A DNA stretch of 64,000 nt, from the NCBI GenBank assembly GCA_965223155.1, contig CBDCVR010000015.1, positions 352,001-416,000 of the forward strand. Reading direction: 5' to 3'. The stretch is from Candidatus Multivoradales bacterium. Lineage in GTDB: Bacteria; Acidobacteriota; Thermoanaerobaculia; Multivoradales; JAHEKO01. The notes beneath the pieces are model-generated. The model saw only the letters and a program-made list of their open reading frames with translations. It searched no databases and was not told the origin of the DNA. Both the position numbers and the translations under genes were made by a program. Of the stretch, positions 21,672 to 31,608 are shown piece by piece; within the stretch, counting starts at the first letter, position 1; each line of letters starts with the position of its first letter.

Positions 21672-22674
21672 CGACCGACTCATAGAACCCTTTTCGCAAG
21701 AGCTCCTATTCCTCTGTTTTCGACGGATCCCTCCCAAGAGGCCACGCCCCCTTTTCGGGGGAATACGCCTCGCCGCCCACTCCCTAGCTTCAAAGTTACT
21801 CGCTCCCGAGACGGTCGAGAGCGACCCGAAGCATCGCGTTCTGCCGCTCCAGCTCCCCCAAGCGTCTCTCTTGCTCGAGCGTGTACAGCGTCAACTCTTC
21901 GAGCTTCTCCAACAGTTTCATTTGCATTCTGGTCACATCAAGCCCCTCGCGCGCCACGTCATCCGCCGTGGGCACTCCCGGAAGGTGTTTGAAGGCCCGC
22001 ACGTAGTCATCGAGCTCGGCAAGGGGCATCAGCTCGTAGTCGGGCTCGAAGACGTAGTCCGGAACAAACTGGGTCGTCGGCGAGCACTGACTCGTGTCGC
22101 TGCAGGCAATCAGATTGCCTCGAAGCGTCAGCGTCCCCATAGCCGATAGTGCCAGCTCCGTAGCGCCCGACTTGTCTCTCGAGATCTGAAAGCCGATCGA
22201 CGGATCGTTCTCGAGCTTCCAGTCGTTGTTGGCACTAACGGTGTCCTCGATCATGAGCACGCTCTTGCCGTTGTTGGTGATCGTGACGAGCTTCTGGGTT
22301 CCCGAGCCCGTCGAGTCGACGATGTGCAGAGGCGTCTCGGGCGCGTACGTCCCGATCCCGAGGCGATTGTTCAGGACCAGGCCCCCGGCAAGCACGAGAC
22401 GACCCGCTGCGCTTGGTTCGAGGCGTAGGTCCTCAACGCCGTTACCTGCGAGGGAAAGGATGAACGCGTTCGCATTTGCCGATTGCTGCCAGGTCGTGTT
22501 CGTCGACGAATCTGTAAGAAAAATACGAGGTCGGCCGTTATTGATGATCTGAAGAAGGGTCCGTTCTCCACTTGTTGCAGACGCCTCTTCAACGGTCACC
22601 AGCGCCGACGCGTCCGTCCTCTTCACATGCACTGAGGATAAGGGCGCCTGGGTACCAAAACCGACGTTGCCACT

Positions 22675-24045
22675 GAGTTATCGTCAAATGTTGTGTACGG
22701 GTGACTCAGGCGGCGATCCGGTTCTTGGGTTCTCCATCAACGAATTTGACACCTCGGACAACGTCGGCGATTCGCTTGTAGCCCTGTAGCCGCCGCCATC
22801 GTTTCTCGGCACTCTGGCTCAGCTTGAAGACCATCGAGAGCATGGTCTCGCGGGAGAGACAACCACGGGTCTTGGCCGTTCGAAGGCGTACGGTGGCAAA
22901 GGTCGACTCGATCGGGTTCGTGGTCCTGAGATGGACCCAATGCTCGGCCGGGAAATCGTAGAAGGTCAGCAGGACCTTGCGATCCTTGGCCAGGCAACGC
23001 GTCGCCTTCGGGTACTTGGCCCCGTAGGTCGACAGGAAGGCATCGAAGGCTCGCTCGGCAGCCTCGCGCGTTTCGGCCATCCAGACCTGGTGCAGCGCCT
23101 GCTTGGCCTTTGGCTGGACGGCCTTGGGCATCTTGTTCAAGACGTTGCCGGTCTTGTGGACCCAGCAACGCTGGGTCTTGGTGTTGCTCCAGACCTGAGC
23201 CAGGGCCTTCCAGAAGCCCAGAGCGCCGTCACCGGTCGCCAGCTTCGGCTCGATGGCAAGCCCTCGCGCTTCGAGTCCACGCAAGAGCTCGAGCCAGGAA
23301 GCCTCGCTCTCGCGGTAGCCGTCTTCGACGGCGATGAGCTCCTTGGTGCCGTCCTCGGTGGCGCCAATCAGTACCAGCAGGCACAGCTTCGCGTCGTCCA
23401 GACGAGCCTTGGTATGGATCCCATCCGCCCACACGTAGACGTAGCGCTTGGAGGACAAGTCCCGGGTGCGCCAGTCGGTGTACTCCTTGGCCCAGACTTT
23501 CTTCAGACGGCTGATCGTCGCGGCTGACAACCCCGGGGCGTCGGGGCCTACCAGAGCTTCCAGGGCATCGGAGAAATCTCCGGTGGAGATGCCGCGCAGA
23601 TAGAGCCACGGCAGCAGCTCCTCGACGCTCTTGGCCCGTCTGAGATACGGAGGCGCGATCTTCGAGCGAAAGACCAACTCACCTTCACGATCCCGAACCC
23701 GAGGCACCTTCACCGGCACACCTCCGATTCCCGTCTGGATCTCACGCTCGCGCAGGTAGCCGTTGCGAACCATGCGGCGCCGGCCATCTTCCGTTTGCTC
23801 GCCTCGGTACTCGGCCAGGAAGCTCTCGACCTCGGCTTCGATCGCTTCGCGAAGCAACTCGCGTGAGCCGCGGCGAAGCACTTCGGTCAAGGCATCTCTC
23901 GAACTCTCTGATCGGTCAATCGAAACTACGTTACTCTTGCTCAAGGCGTATCTTCCTTCTTTGAGGGTTTGAATCCGATTTGGAAAACCGGACTCAGGAT
24001 ACGCCGCCTTCATCTCAACTCATACACAACTTTCGACCATAGCTC
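22675..24045 (-). mobile_element. IS256 family insertion sequence with 9-bp target duplication
   Basis: 23-bp imperfect IRs GAGTTATCGTCAAATGTTGTGTA vs GAGCTATGGTCGAAAGTTGTGTA; direct repeat GTTGCCACT at 22666-22674 and 24046-24054. Confidence 0.95.
22706..24013 (-). CDS. IS256-family (Mutator-type) transposase
   Basis: RNGYLRER, VPRVRDR, YVWADG, GDGALGFW, QRCWVHK, LRTTNPIESTF; the true start may lie slightly downstream. Confidence 0.95.
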   Translation of the reverse strand: MKAAYPESGFPNRIQTLKEGRYALSKSNVVSIDRSESSRDALTEVLRRGSRELLREAIEAEVESFLAEYRGEQTEDGRRRMVRNGYLREREIQTGIGGVPVKVPRVRDREGELVFRSKIAPPYLRRAKSVEELLPWLYLRGISTGDFSDALEALVGPDAPGLSAATISRLKKVWAKEYTDWRTRDLSSKRYVYVWADGIHTKARLDDAKLCLLVLIGATEDGTKELIAVEDGYRESEASWLELLRGLEARGLAIEPKLATGDGALGFWKALAQVWSNTKTQRCWVHKTGNVLNKMPKAVQPKAKQALHQVWMAETREAAERAFDAFLSTYGAKYPKATRCLAKDRKVLLTFYDFPAEHWVHLRTTNPIESTFATVRLRTAKTRGCLSRETMLSMVFKLSQSAEKRWRRLQGYKRIADVVRGVKFVDGEPKNRIAA

Positions 24046-24235
24046 GTTGCCACTTGCCGTAACGTGTACAGCATCCTCTGAAGAGAAGGCAGCGCCCGCT
24101 ACCCAAGCAAGTAGAACTGCAAATGACAAGAGATCGCGAAACGCTACTTTACCCATACGAAGAAACCTCCTGGTTATCTCTCAGCTATACCTCTGAGACA
24201 TGTCGTGGACCCCGGAAACCGTCGCGATGTTGACC

Positions 24236-24835
24236 TGACCTGACCCCCGAGTCCGCGCAGTGCTTATGAGAGTCTCGGCGGTTCATAGATGATACTCGCT
24301 GCGGGAGCGGAAGCCGCCGGAGGCGGCTGGAGCTCCTGCAGCGTCGCGTACTCCTCGGGGCCAGGTCGCCCAGCGATGGTGCAGCTTGCCCCGGTTGCAG
24401 TCCTGGCGCCAGGTCTCGATCTGTCGCCGAGCATCGTCCAAGTCGAGAAACCAGTGTGCGCTCAGGCCATTCGTGGCGAAACTTCCCGTTGAAGCTCTCG
24501 ACGAAGCAATTCTCGACCGGCGTGCCCGGTCGAATGAAGTCGAGCTGAATGCCTCGGCGGTACGCCCAGGCATCCAATGCTCGACTCGTAAGCTCTGGTC
24601 CGCTATCGACAATCACGGTCGTCGGAAGGCCGAGACGCTCGATCACTCGATCCAACACACGTCCGACCCGCTCGCCGGAGATCGACGTATCGACCTCAAT
24701 CGCGACACACTCGCGTGTGAAGTCGTCGACGACGTTCAACGTCCCGAAGCCGCGACCGGTCTCAAGACCGTCGGAGGCGAAGTCCATCGACCGGCGTTCG
24801 TCGGCCCGAGTCGGCGCCTCCCGACACTTGCGCAT
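24236..24835 (-). pseudogene. IS3-family transposase (OrfB integrase core) remnant with one terminal IR-like end
   Basis: SMDFASD..LNVVDDFTREC..DSGPE..ENCFVESFNGKFR, then a frameshift to HWFLDLDDARRQIETWRQD; TGACCTGACCCCCGA end at 24236; OrfA missing. Confidence 0.85.
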
Positions 24836-24944
24836 CTACAGCTCCCTTCTTTGAGCCGGCCCAAAGCTACTACCGAACCTTGCCTATCTCATCGACCTTT
24901 ACGCATTCGATGCGAGTATGCAGCGCAGGCTGAACAGTCGAGTT

Positions 24945-27900
24945 TCAGGTGACGATCTGACTCGCCGCCGAACACGCAGACCAGGCTGTGAAGGCCAGCC
25001 TTTCATGCCTCGCGGCGAGCGCCTCGGGTGTGTCGAAGTACTCAAGCATTCGGAAGGAATTTTGCCCCATCTTCACTCTCCCTTTCTTGTCGGAAAGAAG
25101 CCGCCCTAGCTGCCGAGCCATCTCCTCTGAATCGCCAAAATCAAAGCACAAGGCATTCACTCCAAGGCGCACCTGCTCTCTGACACCGCACGGAGAGGTC
25201 GTCACAATCGGCAGACCGTGGGCCATAGCCTCGAGCATGACAAACGGATAACTCTCGACCATTGACGAGAACGCAAAGATGTCGGCCGCAGCATAGTAGG
25301 TGTGGACATCTTCTGTCTCTGGTACTAAGCGAACAACCGACTCAAGCTCCAGCGTCTCCACTAGCTGTTCGAGATACCGAGTGTAAGGGTCACCTACGCG
25401 CGCGCCAACGAGCAGAGCGCACATGTCCCACCCATCCTGCCTCAAGATTTTCAACGCCCGAACGAGGGTTTCTTGGTCTTTTCGCGCACAAATAGTGCCT
25501 ACACTGACAATCACCGGGCAGTCTTCGCGAAGACCGAGACGTCTGCGGGCATCCAACTTCGACGGTCTTGTACGGACCGCTTCAATCTCTGCTCTAGAAA
25601 GAGAGTTGTAAAGTACAGAGAAATTGCCGGCAGCATTCAGTCGCTCATACAAGGAACGAGTGCAGTAGGATCCAAACACAACCTCAAAGGCCTTCGAAAA
25701 AGCAGCCTCGCATCTCGGAAGCGCGAAGGACTGTAGAAGTCTCATCCTTACAGCTTCGGAGTAACTTTCCTGGACAAACCACACCGTCGGAATCCCCAGC
25801 CGTTCCGCAGCCTCGACGACGAAGTAGTTGTTCAGGACAGAAATGAAAACCACATCTGGCCGGAGTTCCTCCAGGTGACGTTGAAGATGATCTGTCGCAG
25901 CGTCAAGACCGCCTCGGTCGGCCCAGTCAGCGAGGACATTTCCAGTCCCGGGCAGGTTCACCACCTTGCAGCGAACCTTCCCTTCGAACTCGCGCCGGAG
26001 ATCGCCATCGGAGAACCCGAGCACCATCGGCTCAACATAGCGACTTTTCGTTAAGCCGTGAGCAACATTCAGCAAGATCTTTGGGCCACCTTCAAGATTG
26101 AAGCTGGGAACAACGCATAGCAGTCGGAGCTTTGACTTCAGATAGTTCTCGTATCCCAGGGAGCTCTCCCGTCCAACCTTGAAGCTCCGGCGTGAAGATA
26201 GATTCGGGTTGTAGAATCGGTCTTCTACTGGGTGTCTGACCTTGTATCTCGCCAATTCGGCCGGGTCATCTTCTCTCGTGCGTGAGGAGGACTCGTGGTG
26301 GAGGAGCAACGCGTCGGCAACGTAGACAGTGCTCAGGCCTCGCTCTCGCAGCCGCAGACAATAGTCAATGTCGTTTAGCGACACAGGAAACCGACCTTCG
26401 TCAAACCCCCCTAACGCATCGAAGAGGCTGCGCTTGGTCAAGAGACACGCTCCGGTGACAGCAGAGACCTCGCGCGAGGTCTCTGCGAGGAAATAGTAGC
26501 TAGGCACCGTAGAGGGATCACCCTGAAAGGCGTGATCGGGCCGACCAATTTCACCGTGATTCAGCAGAACCCCAGCATGTTGAATGCGTCCGTCCGGATA
26601 GAGAAGCTGGGCGCCCGTGGCTCCGACTCCAGGAAGTCGACAGTAGCCGACAAGTCTGCTTAGCCAGGACTCTTCCAGCACTTCGCAATCGTCGTTTAGA
26701 AAGAGAAGGAACTCACCGCGAGCGGCCTTGGCCGCGATGTTGTTCAACCGGCTAAATGAGAAGCCACGCTCATCGTCGACCACCCGCAAGACTTCAATTC
26801 CGCGCGAGGGAAGTCCTCCCAGGTATTGCAACGTTGTAGGAGAGTCCGACCCATTGTCTACGACCAAGATCGAGTAGTTCTCATACGTCGTCTTCTTGAG
26901 GATCGAGTCCAGACATTTCGACAAGAGGAGGTGCTGATTCCGAGTTGGAATGATGATTGTCACCTCGGGGCCAATCACCGACCAGTCCAGTTGGCTAATC
27001 GGAAGGCCGAGCTCTTGGGCCACTTTCGAAGGGTATGGGACAGCATTGATGGAGCAACGATCCAAACGATCCTTCAGCGCTTCGTAGGCGGCCTTGCGAA
27101 CGATCGGCTTCTCATCTGCACTGAGAGCTGTCGAACCAGGCACCGCCCGCCAGTGGTAAAGAACCTTTGGGATCCGCACGATGCGAGCCGTCAGCTCGGT
27201 GAGCCTGAGCAACAAGTCGTAATCCTGAGCGCCCTCGAAGGTCGGTCGAAAGCCGCCAATCGACTCGAACAATTCTCGCCGAACAGACGTAAGGTGGTTT
27301 AGATAGTTGTAGCCCAGGAAGAGCGTTGGCGACCAATCCGGTTTGAATTGAGGGTCATAGCGGACGCCGCGACTCGAAATCTTGTCTTCATCCGAATAGA
27401 TAATGTCCGCCTCGGGCTCGTGCTCCAGCACACGCGCGACCTCAAAGAGAGCATTCGCAGCGAGGACATCGTCGTGATCCAGGAAACTTAGGAATTCGCC
27501 CTTTGCGAGGGAGGCCGCCTCGTTGCTCGCATGGCAAATGCCTCTGTTGCAATCTAAGGTCACTACCTCGATTCGCGGATCCTCGTTGTACTTCCTCAAT
27601 ACTTCCACCGTCTCAGAACGGTGTGAGCCGTCGTCCGCGATGCACAGCTGCCAGTACGGGTAGATCTGCTCCAGGACAGACTCAATCGCTTCAGTCAGGA
27701 TCTCCGGGTCGGTATTGAATACGGGCATGACGACGCTAAGGACAGGTTTCTCATTAGAGCGAGTAATCGCTTGAGAGAGGAGATCGCGCACGCGTGGCGT
27801 TACGGCGTTTACTTCTCTGTACCGAGCGTAGGCATCAGCCTCAACTCCAGGAGGTGGCATGGCGTCGCGGATCTCACATGGGCCACTCAAGATACCTTGG

Positions 27901-29834
27901 CTAGTTTCATCGCGCATGCGCGAAGCCAAGACAACCCCATGCTGAGGGCTTACCAGTTCAAACTTTCTTACAGAAGCAGTGAAGTACAAGTGGAAGCTGA
28001 ACCCGCACGTCGTGCCTGGCCCACCTTTAGTCAACTTGGAAAAATGATCTTGAACATCCCGCCGTTCGATCTCGCACAGTCCTTCGCCAAGAGGTGCACC
28101 GTCCCCGCGCACTTCCAGTCGCACTGGTTTCCCACTTCCTTCGTGGGAGAAACACCATCCCGCCACGACCAACAACTCGCGGCCGGTCAATGGGTCCCGT
28201 CGTTCCTCGAAGACTTCCACAAGGAACCGAAGTGGCGATAACGGGTTCGAAGAGGGTAAGCGAATCGACCGCACAATGCGCGAACCAAACGAGCGAGCGC
28301 CTCTCACGAAGACCCGCAGGGGACGAGTGACACGCCAGGAGCGCGAACTTCGGACGGAATCTAGTTCGCCCTCAAGAGAAACGTTCTTCTCCAAGGCACC
28401 GAGATAGAGCGCTTGGAGCCCCGAGGCTCCCTGCTGTGATCGCTCAAGCTCTTGCCTCAGGCGATCGACCTCCTCTCTCAGCGTCTTGCTGAGTTCTTTG
28501 AGCTCTCCCGCTTCTTTCAGATGCTTTGAGTGCATCGCTCTACTCCGATTCAACGATGAGCGCACATTCTCCAGGAGTTCCCGTAGTCTGGTCCTCTCAT
28601 CTTCCTGTGTCTGCAGTCGTTTCTCACTCTGTATCCGTTGGCTCTTCTCCAAATTCAGCGACCTCACGGTCATCTCGAGACCGCTTTCCAGACTTGCAAC
28701 TCGCCCGCGAAGCTCAGTGTTTTCTTGCGCCTGCCTTACCAGTTCGGCTGTCGACGTTCTTCGGCAGGCGCGACTAGCTTGAGCATTAGCGCGCTGATCA
28801 ACACGAGCCAGTTGAAGCTGGAGGTTCTCACTATGCACTCGATAGCCCTCTCTGTCCCGCTCAACCTCCTCGATCTTGTCCTCGAGGTTCGCCATGTGCT
28901 TCTTAAGTTCGTGAACGTCCCGCCATCTGGGGTCCTCCCCAACACCACCGAGGGATGCCACTAGGCCCTGAAGCTCCGAAAGGTTCTGACGGGCCCTCGC
29001 GAGTACGGCCGTAGCCTGCGACACCCTGCCCGTCCCGAGATCCGAAAGCGCTCGAAAGACCGATTCTGCTTCTAACGGAACCTTCCGAGCGCGATCGGTC
29101 TCACTCAGACCATGATGTCGAAGATCCGAATCCAGAAACCTCGAGATCTCGGTCGCAACACTGGAGTGAGTGTGCGGCCAACAGATCGACAGCCTGTCGC
29201 CGATACTCGCAGCGATTCCATGCCAGTCGCGCAACAGATTGTCGAAAGAAATGAAGACTCGCCGAGAACTTTCTGTTTCCTTTTCGGCTACGAGCAGGTG
29301 CTCTAACCAAAGCGCCAGTGACCGTATCTCTGTAAAGCCTTCGCGCTCAGAGAGCGATTTCGCCACCTCCAGCGGATGGCGCAAGATGATCACATAGCAC
29401 GGGTCGACCCCCTCGGACTCAAAAACAGGCTTCCATACCGGCAAGAGCCTGCACATTCGAGGGTCCTTAACTCCCCAGAGAGCAGATCCATCGAAATCAG
29501 CGCGAACTACCTCAGCGATCTCATCTCGGAGCGATAAGACATCAGGCTCGTCCCACCATCTCGACTGCGGCATGAACCGATCCCAGGCCGAACCCAGATC
29601 TCCAAGCAGCCGCTCGTGGATCTTGACTAGCTTGTCGTGCTCCCAGTAACCGCGTGGGTTGTCTTGATTGGGAGCAATCAGATGGGATCCAAAGTCCACT
29701 CCTAAGCGATTCAACACGCCGGCGAGTGCGGAAGTTCCACTCCGATGCATGCCGAGCACCACCACGGCCCGACTTCGCCGTTGAGGATCCGTCACGCCCC
29801 GTGGGGCCTCATGAGAAGCAACCGGCGACTCCAT
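24945..29834 (-). CDS. Multidomain glycosyltransferase: sulfotransferase-like domain, coiled coil, two GT2 domains, GT4 domain
   Basis: VLGMHRSGTS..WGVKDPR; long E/L/R heptad region ending SRSWRVTRPLR; LSVVMPVFN..FLDHDD; IIIPTRN..LFLNDD; GTICARKDQ..ESYPFVMLEAM. Confidence 0.9.
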   Translation of the reverse strand: MESPVASHEAPRGVTDPQRRSRAVVVLGMHRSGTSALAGVLNRLGVDFGSHLIAPNQDNPRGYWEHDKLVKIHERLLGDLGSAWDRFMPQSRWWDEPDVLSLRDEIAEVVRADFDGSALWGVKDPRMCRLLPVWKPVFESEGVDPCYVIILRHPLEVAKSLSEREGFTEIRSLALWLEHLLVAEKETESSRRVFISFDNLLRDWHGIAASIGDRLSICWPHTHSSVATEISRFLDSDLRHHGLSETDRARKVPLEAESVFRALSDLGTGRVSQATAVLARARQNLSELQGLVASLGGVGEDPRWRDVHELKKHMANLEDKIEEVERDREGYRVHSENLQLQLARVDQRANAQASRACRRTSTAELVRQAQENTELRGRVASLESGLEMTVRSLNLEKSQRIQSEKRLQTQEDERTRLRELLENVRSSLNRSRAMHSKHLKEAGELKELSKTLREEVDRLRQELERSQQGASGLQALYLGALEKNVSLEGELDSVRSSRSWRVTRPLRVFVRGARSFGSRIVRSIRLPSSNPLSPLRFLVEVFEERRDPLTGRELLVVAGWCFSHEGSGKPVRLEVRGDGAPLGEGLCEIERRDVQDHFSKLTKGGPGTTCGFSFHLYFTASVRKFELVSPQHGVVLASRMRDETSQGILSGPCEIRDAMPPPGVEADAYARYREVNAVTPRVRDLLSQAITRSNEKPVLSVVMPVFNTDPEILTEAIESVLEQIYPYWQLCIADDGSHRSETVEVLRKYNEDPRIEVVTLDCNRGICHASNEAASLAKGEFLSFLDHDDVLAANALFEVARVLEHEPEADIIYSDEDKISSRGVRYDPQFKPDWSPTLFLGYNYLNHLTSVRRELFESIGGFRPTFEGAQDYDLLLRLTELTARIVRIPKVLYHWRAVPGSTALSADEKPIVRKAAYEALKDRLDRCSINAVPYPSKVAQELGLPISQLDWSVIGPEVTIIIPTRNQHLLLSKCLDSILKKTTYENYSILVVDNGSDSPTTLQYLGGLPSRGIEVLRVVDDERGFSFSRLNNIAAKAARGEFLLFLNDDCEVLEESWLSRLVGYCRLPGVGATGAQLLYPDGRIQHAGVLLNHGEIGRPDHAFQGDPSTVPSYYFLAETSREVSAVTGACLLTKRSLFDALGGFDEGRFPVSLNDIDYCLRLRERGLSTVYVADALLLHHESSSRTREDDPAELARYKVRHPVEDRFYNPNLSSRRSFKVGRESSLGYENYLKSKLRLLCVVPSFNLEGGPKILLNVAHGLTKSRYVEPMVLGFSDGDLRREFEGKVRCKVVNLPGTGNVLADWADRGGLDAATDHLQRHLEELRPDVVFISVLNNYFVVEAAERLGIPTVWFVQESYSEAVRMRLLQSFALPRCEAAFSKAFEVVFGSYCTRSLYERLNAAGNFSVLYNSLSRAEIEAVRTRPSKLDARRRLGLREDCPVIVSVGTICARKDQETLVRALKILRQDGWDMCALLVGARVGDPYTRYLEQLVETLELESVVRLVPETEDVHTYYAAADIFAFSSMVESYPFVMLEAMAHGLPIVTTSPCGVREQVRLGVNALCFDFGDSEEMARQLGRLLSDKKGRVKMGQNSFRMLEYFDTPEALAARHERLAFTAWSACSAASQIVT

Positions 29835-30508
29835 TCCCGAACCGGGTCCACCTCCGGATGGAACAAGCCCGGCCCAAGGGGAGGATCTGACGATCTGAAC
29901 TCGACGAAATCAGAAAATCCGCAGGCGGCACATAGATCCAGCAGCGACTCCCAAGTCAGCCAAAAGGCCCAATTGTTGTCTAGTGACGCCTTGTCGTGCA
30001 GATCCTTCATTGCATCCGGGAAACCCTCTGCAAACTCCTGATAAGCCTTGCCCCAGTACTCCCTCCCGTCGAAAGCCCGAGCGACAATCGGCGGGTTGGG
30101 GTGCGAGAGACAGGCTTGTTCACCTTCGGTCGCCACATGTCCCTCTAGCAAAACGGCGCTCCCGCGGTGGGAAATCGCCCACATCGCTTTCAGCAAGAGA
30201 GCCGGATCGTCGAGATGATAGATGAGACCGAAGCACCAGATCAGATCGAACGTCCCGATCATCTCCTCCGTGAGAAGCCGGCAGTCAGCCTGCAGGAAAC
30301 TTACCCTCGGCAAGTCTTGCGAAAGACACGCTCGAAAATTCCCGTCCTTTGGCTCAATGCCAAGAATTGTCGCTCCCGGGAACTGCACCCGTAGAATGTC
30401 ACGAATGTGTTCTCCTCGATGGCATCCAATATCAACTATCCGATCGGTCGCGTCGCTTCCGATGTAATCCCAGAGTCGATCATGACTTTCAATTCGCACC
30501 TCCTTCAC
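29792..30508 (-). CDS. Class I SAM-dependent methyltransferase
   Basis: IVDIGCHRG, GIEPK, FDLIWCFGLIYHLDDP. Confidence 0.8.
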   Translation of the reverse strand: MKEVRIESHDRLWDYIGSDATDRIVDIGCHRGEHIRDILRVQFPGATILGIEPKDGNFRACLSQDLPRVSFLQADCRLLTEEMIGTFDLIWCFGLIYHLDDPALLLKAMWAISHRGSAVLLEGHVATEGEQACLSHPNPPIVARAFDGREYWGKAYQEFAEGFPDAMKDLHDKASLDNNWAFWLTWESLLDLCAACGFSDFVEFRSSDPPLGPGLFHPEVDPVREWSRRLLLMRPHGA

Positions 30509-31461
30509 TTGTCGCCCTCCTTCCTAAGTACGACCAAGTCTTGCCAGTTGTGCATGCCACGCTCTCGGATCGCAACAACGCGAAGGAACCGACCCCACTC
30601 GCTCCGCGTGTAACTTTCGGTCTGAAACGTACTGCGATAGTAGCCCGCTGGGGCTATCCCATCCAGCGAGGCATCAAGTGAAGCATCAAGAATTCCCTTC
30701 TCCGACAGCGCGCTCTGATTGTTTGGAGCCAAGGAAGCTGAGGCTGCGAACTCCCCGTGGATCGAGGCAATCAATACTCCATCTGGCTTGAGAATCCGAC
30801 GAAGCTCCTTCAACCAAACTAGCTGCGCTTCTCGAGATAGGTGGGAAAAGACAGAGGAGGCAAGGATCACTTCGAAGGCAGAGTCGTCGTAAGACGTCGG
30901 AGGAAGGTGGGGAGTGACGCTTACGTGAACTCCGCTGATCCGACTTCGAACCCACTCAATCGCCTCTGCATCGATGTCGCAACCGCTTACCCCGAGAATG
31001 CCCGAGCAGTTCACCAAGTAATAGAGCAACCGCCCGCAGCCACAGCCGAAATCCAAGAGGCGGTCGACCGACTCCACAGCGACATGGCGGTTCAACTCAT
31101 CTAGCAGTTCGCCATAGCTCTTCATTCCAGAAAGAGCAAAACGGGCGCTTTCACCTATATTCGCCACCCTTGTCATGAGAGCCTTCGGAGGCGATGGCAT
31201 CGCCGTTGCCCAACCGTCACAGAAGACCAGCTCCATGCGTCCCCGACGCACCCTGTCCTGTCGACCAAAGACCTCGATCTGAACCCAGTCAGTTACTCCG
31301 AGCCCGGACACTGGTACTCGGGCCTCAAATCCGCACTTCAGCACACCAAGCCGCGGATAGGAGACGGCGACGTCTTCGCGTTTCTTAACTGGAAGAAGTG
31401 CCCGAGAAGAACCATCAACACATAGTTCGAATTCTTCCGGCTCCCAACTGGGCAAGCACAT
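30505..31461 (-). CDS. Class I SAM-dependent methyltransferase with N-terminal accessory domain
   Basis: LLDFGCGCGR, GCDIDAEAI, FEVILASSVFSHL, LKPDG; start uncertain because the frame is open up to 31608. Confidence 0.85.
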   Translation of the reverse strand: MCLPSWEPEEFELCVDGSSRALLPVKKREDVAVSYPRLGVLKCGFEARVPVSGLGVTDWVQIEVFGRQDRVRRGRMELVFCDGWATAMPSPPKALMTRVANIGESARFALSGMKSYGELLDELNRHVAVESVDRLLDFGCGCGRLLYYLVNCSGILGVSGCDIDAEAIEWVRSRISGVHVSVTPHLPPTSYDDSAFEVILASSVFSHLSREAQLVWLKELRRILKPDGVLIASIHGEFAASASLAPNNQSALSEKGILDASLDASLDGIAPAGYYRSTFQTESYTRSEWGRFLRVVAIRERGMHNWQDLVVLRKEGDK

Positions 31462-31608
31462 CCAGCCACCAACAGCAAGGCGGTTGAATCCGGCATCCAG
31501 ACCGACATGGTCAAATTGGCCCGCGCCGAGCCGAATGGCTGCGTCCGATTCGCAGCCAGATCCCTCTGATGGTCTATCGCTCAGAACGACGGCTCTCGAA
31601 CTTCTTGG

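Larger units (their letters stand above)
20320..21686 (+). mobile_element. IS110 family element, IS1111 subgroup
   Basis: Subterminal 12-bp IRs ATGAGTCGGTCG (20327-20338) and CGACCGACTCAT (21672-21683), 7 nt and 3 nt from the ends; AGA core at both junctions; long 3' non-coding region. Confidence 0.85.
21796..24156 (-). pseudogene. Secreted fibre-like protein 2, split by IS256 (326 aa when rejoined)
   Basis: ATG at 24156 with GGAGG RBS; MGKVAF..AAFSSEDAVHVTASGN joins in frame to VGFGTQAP.. across the IS; C-terminal PDYVFEPDY..HLPGVP..LLEKLEELTLYTLEQ. Confidence 0.85.
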
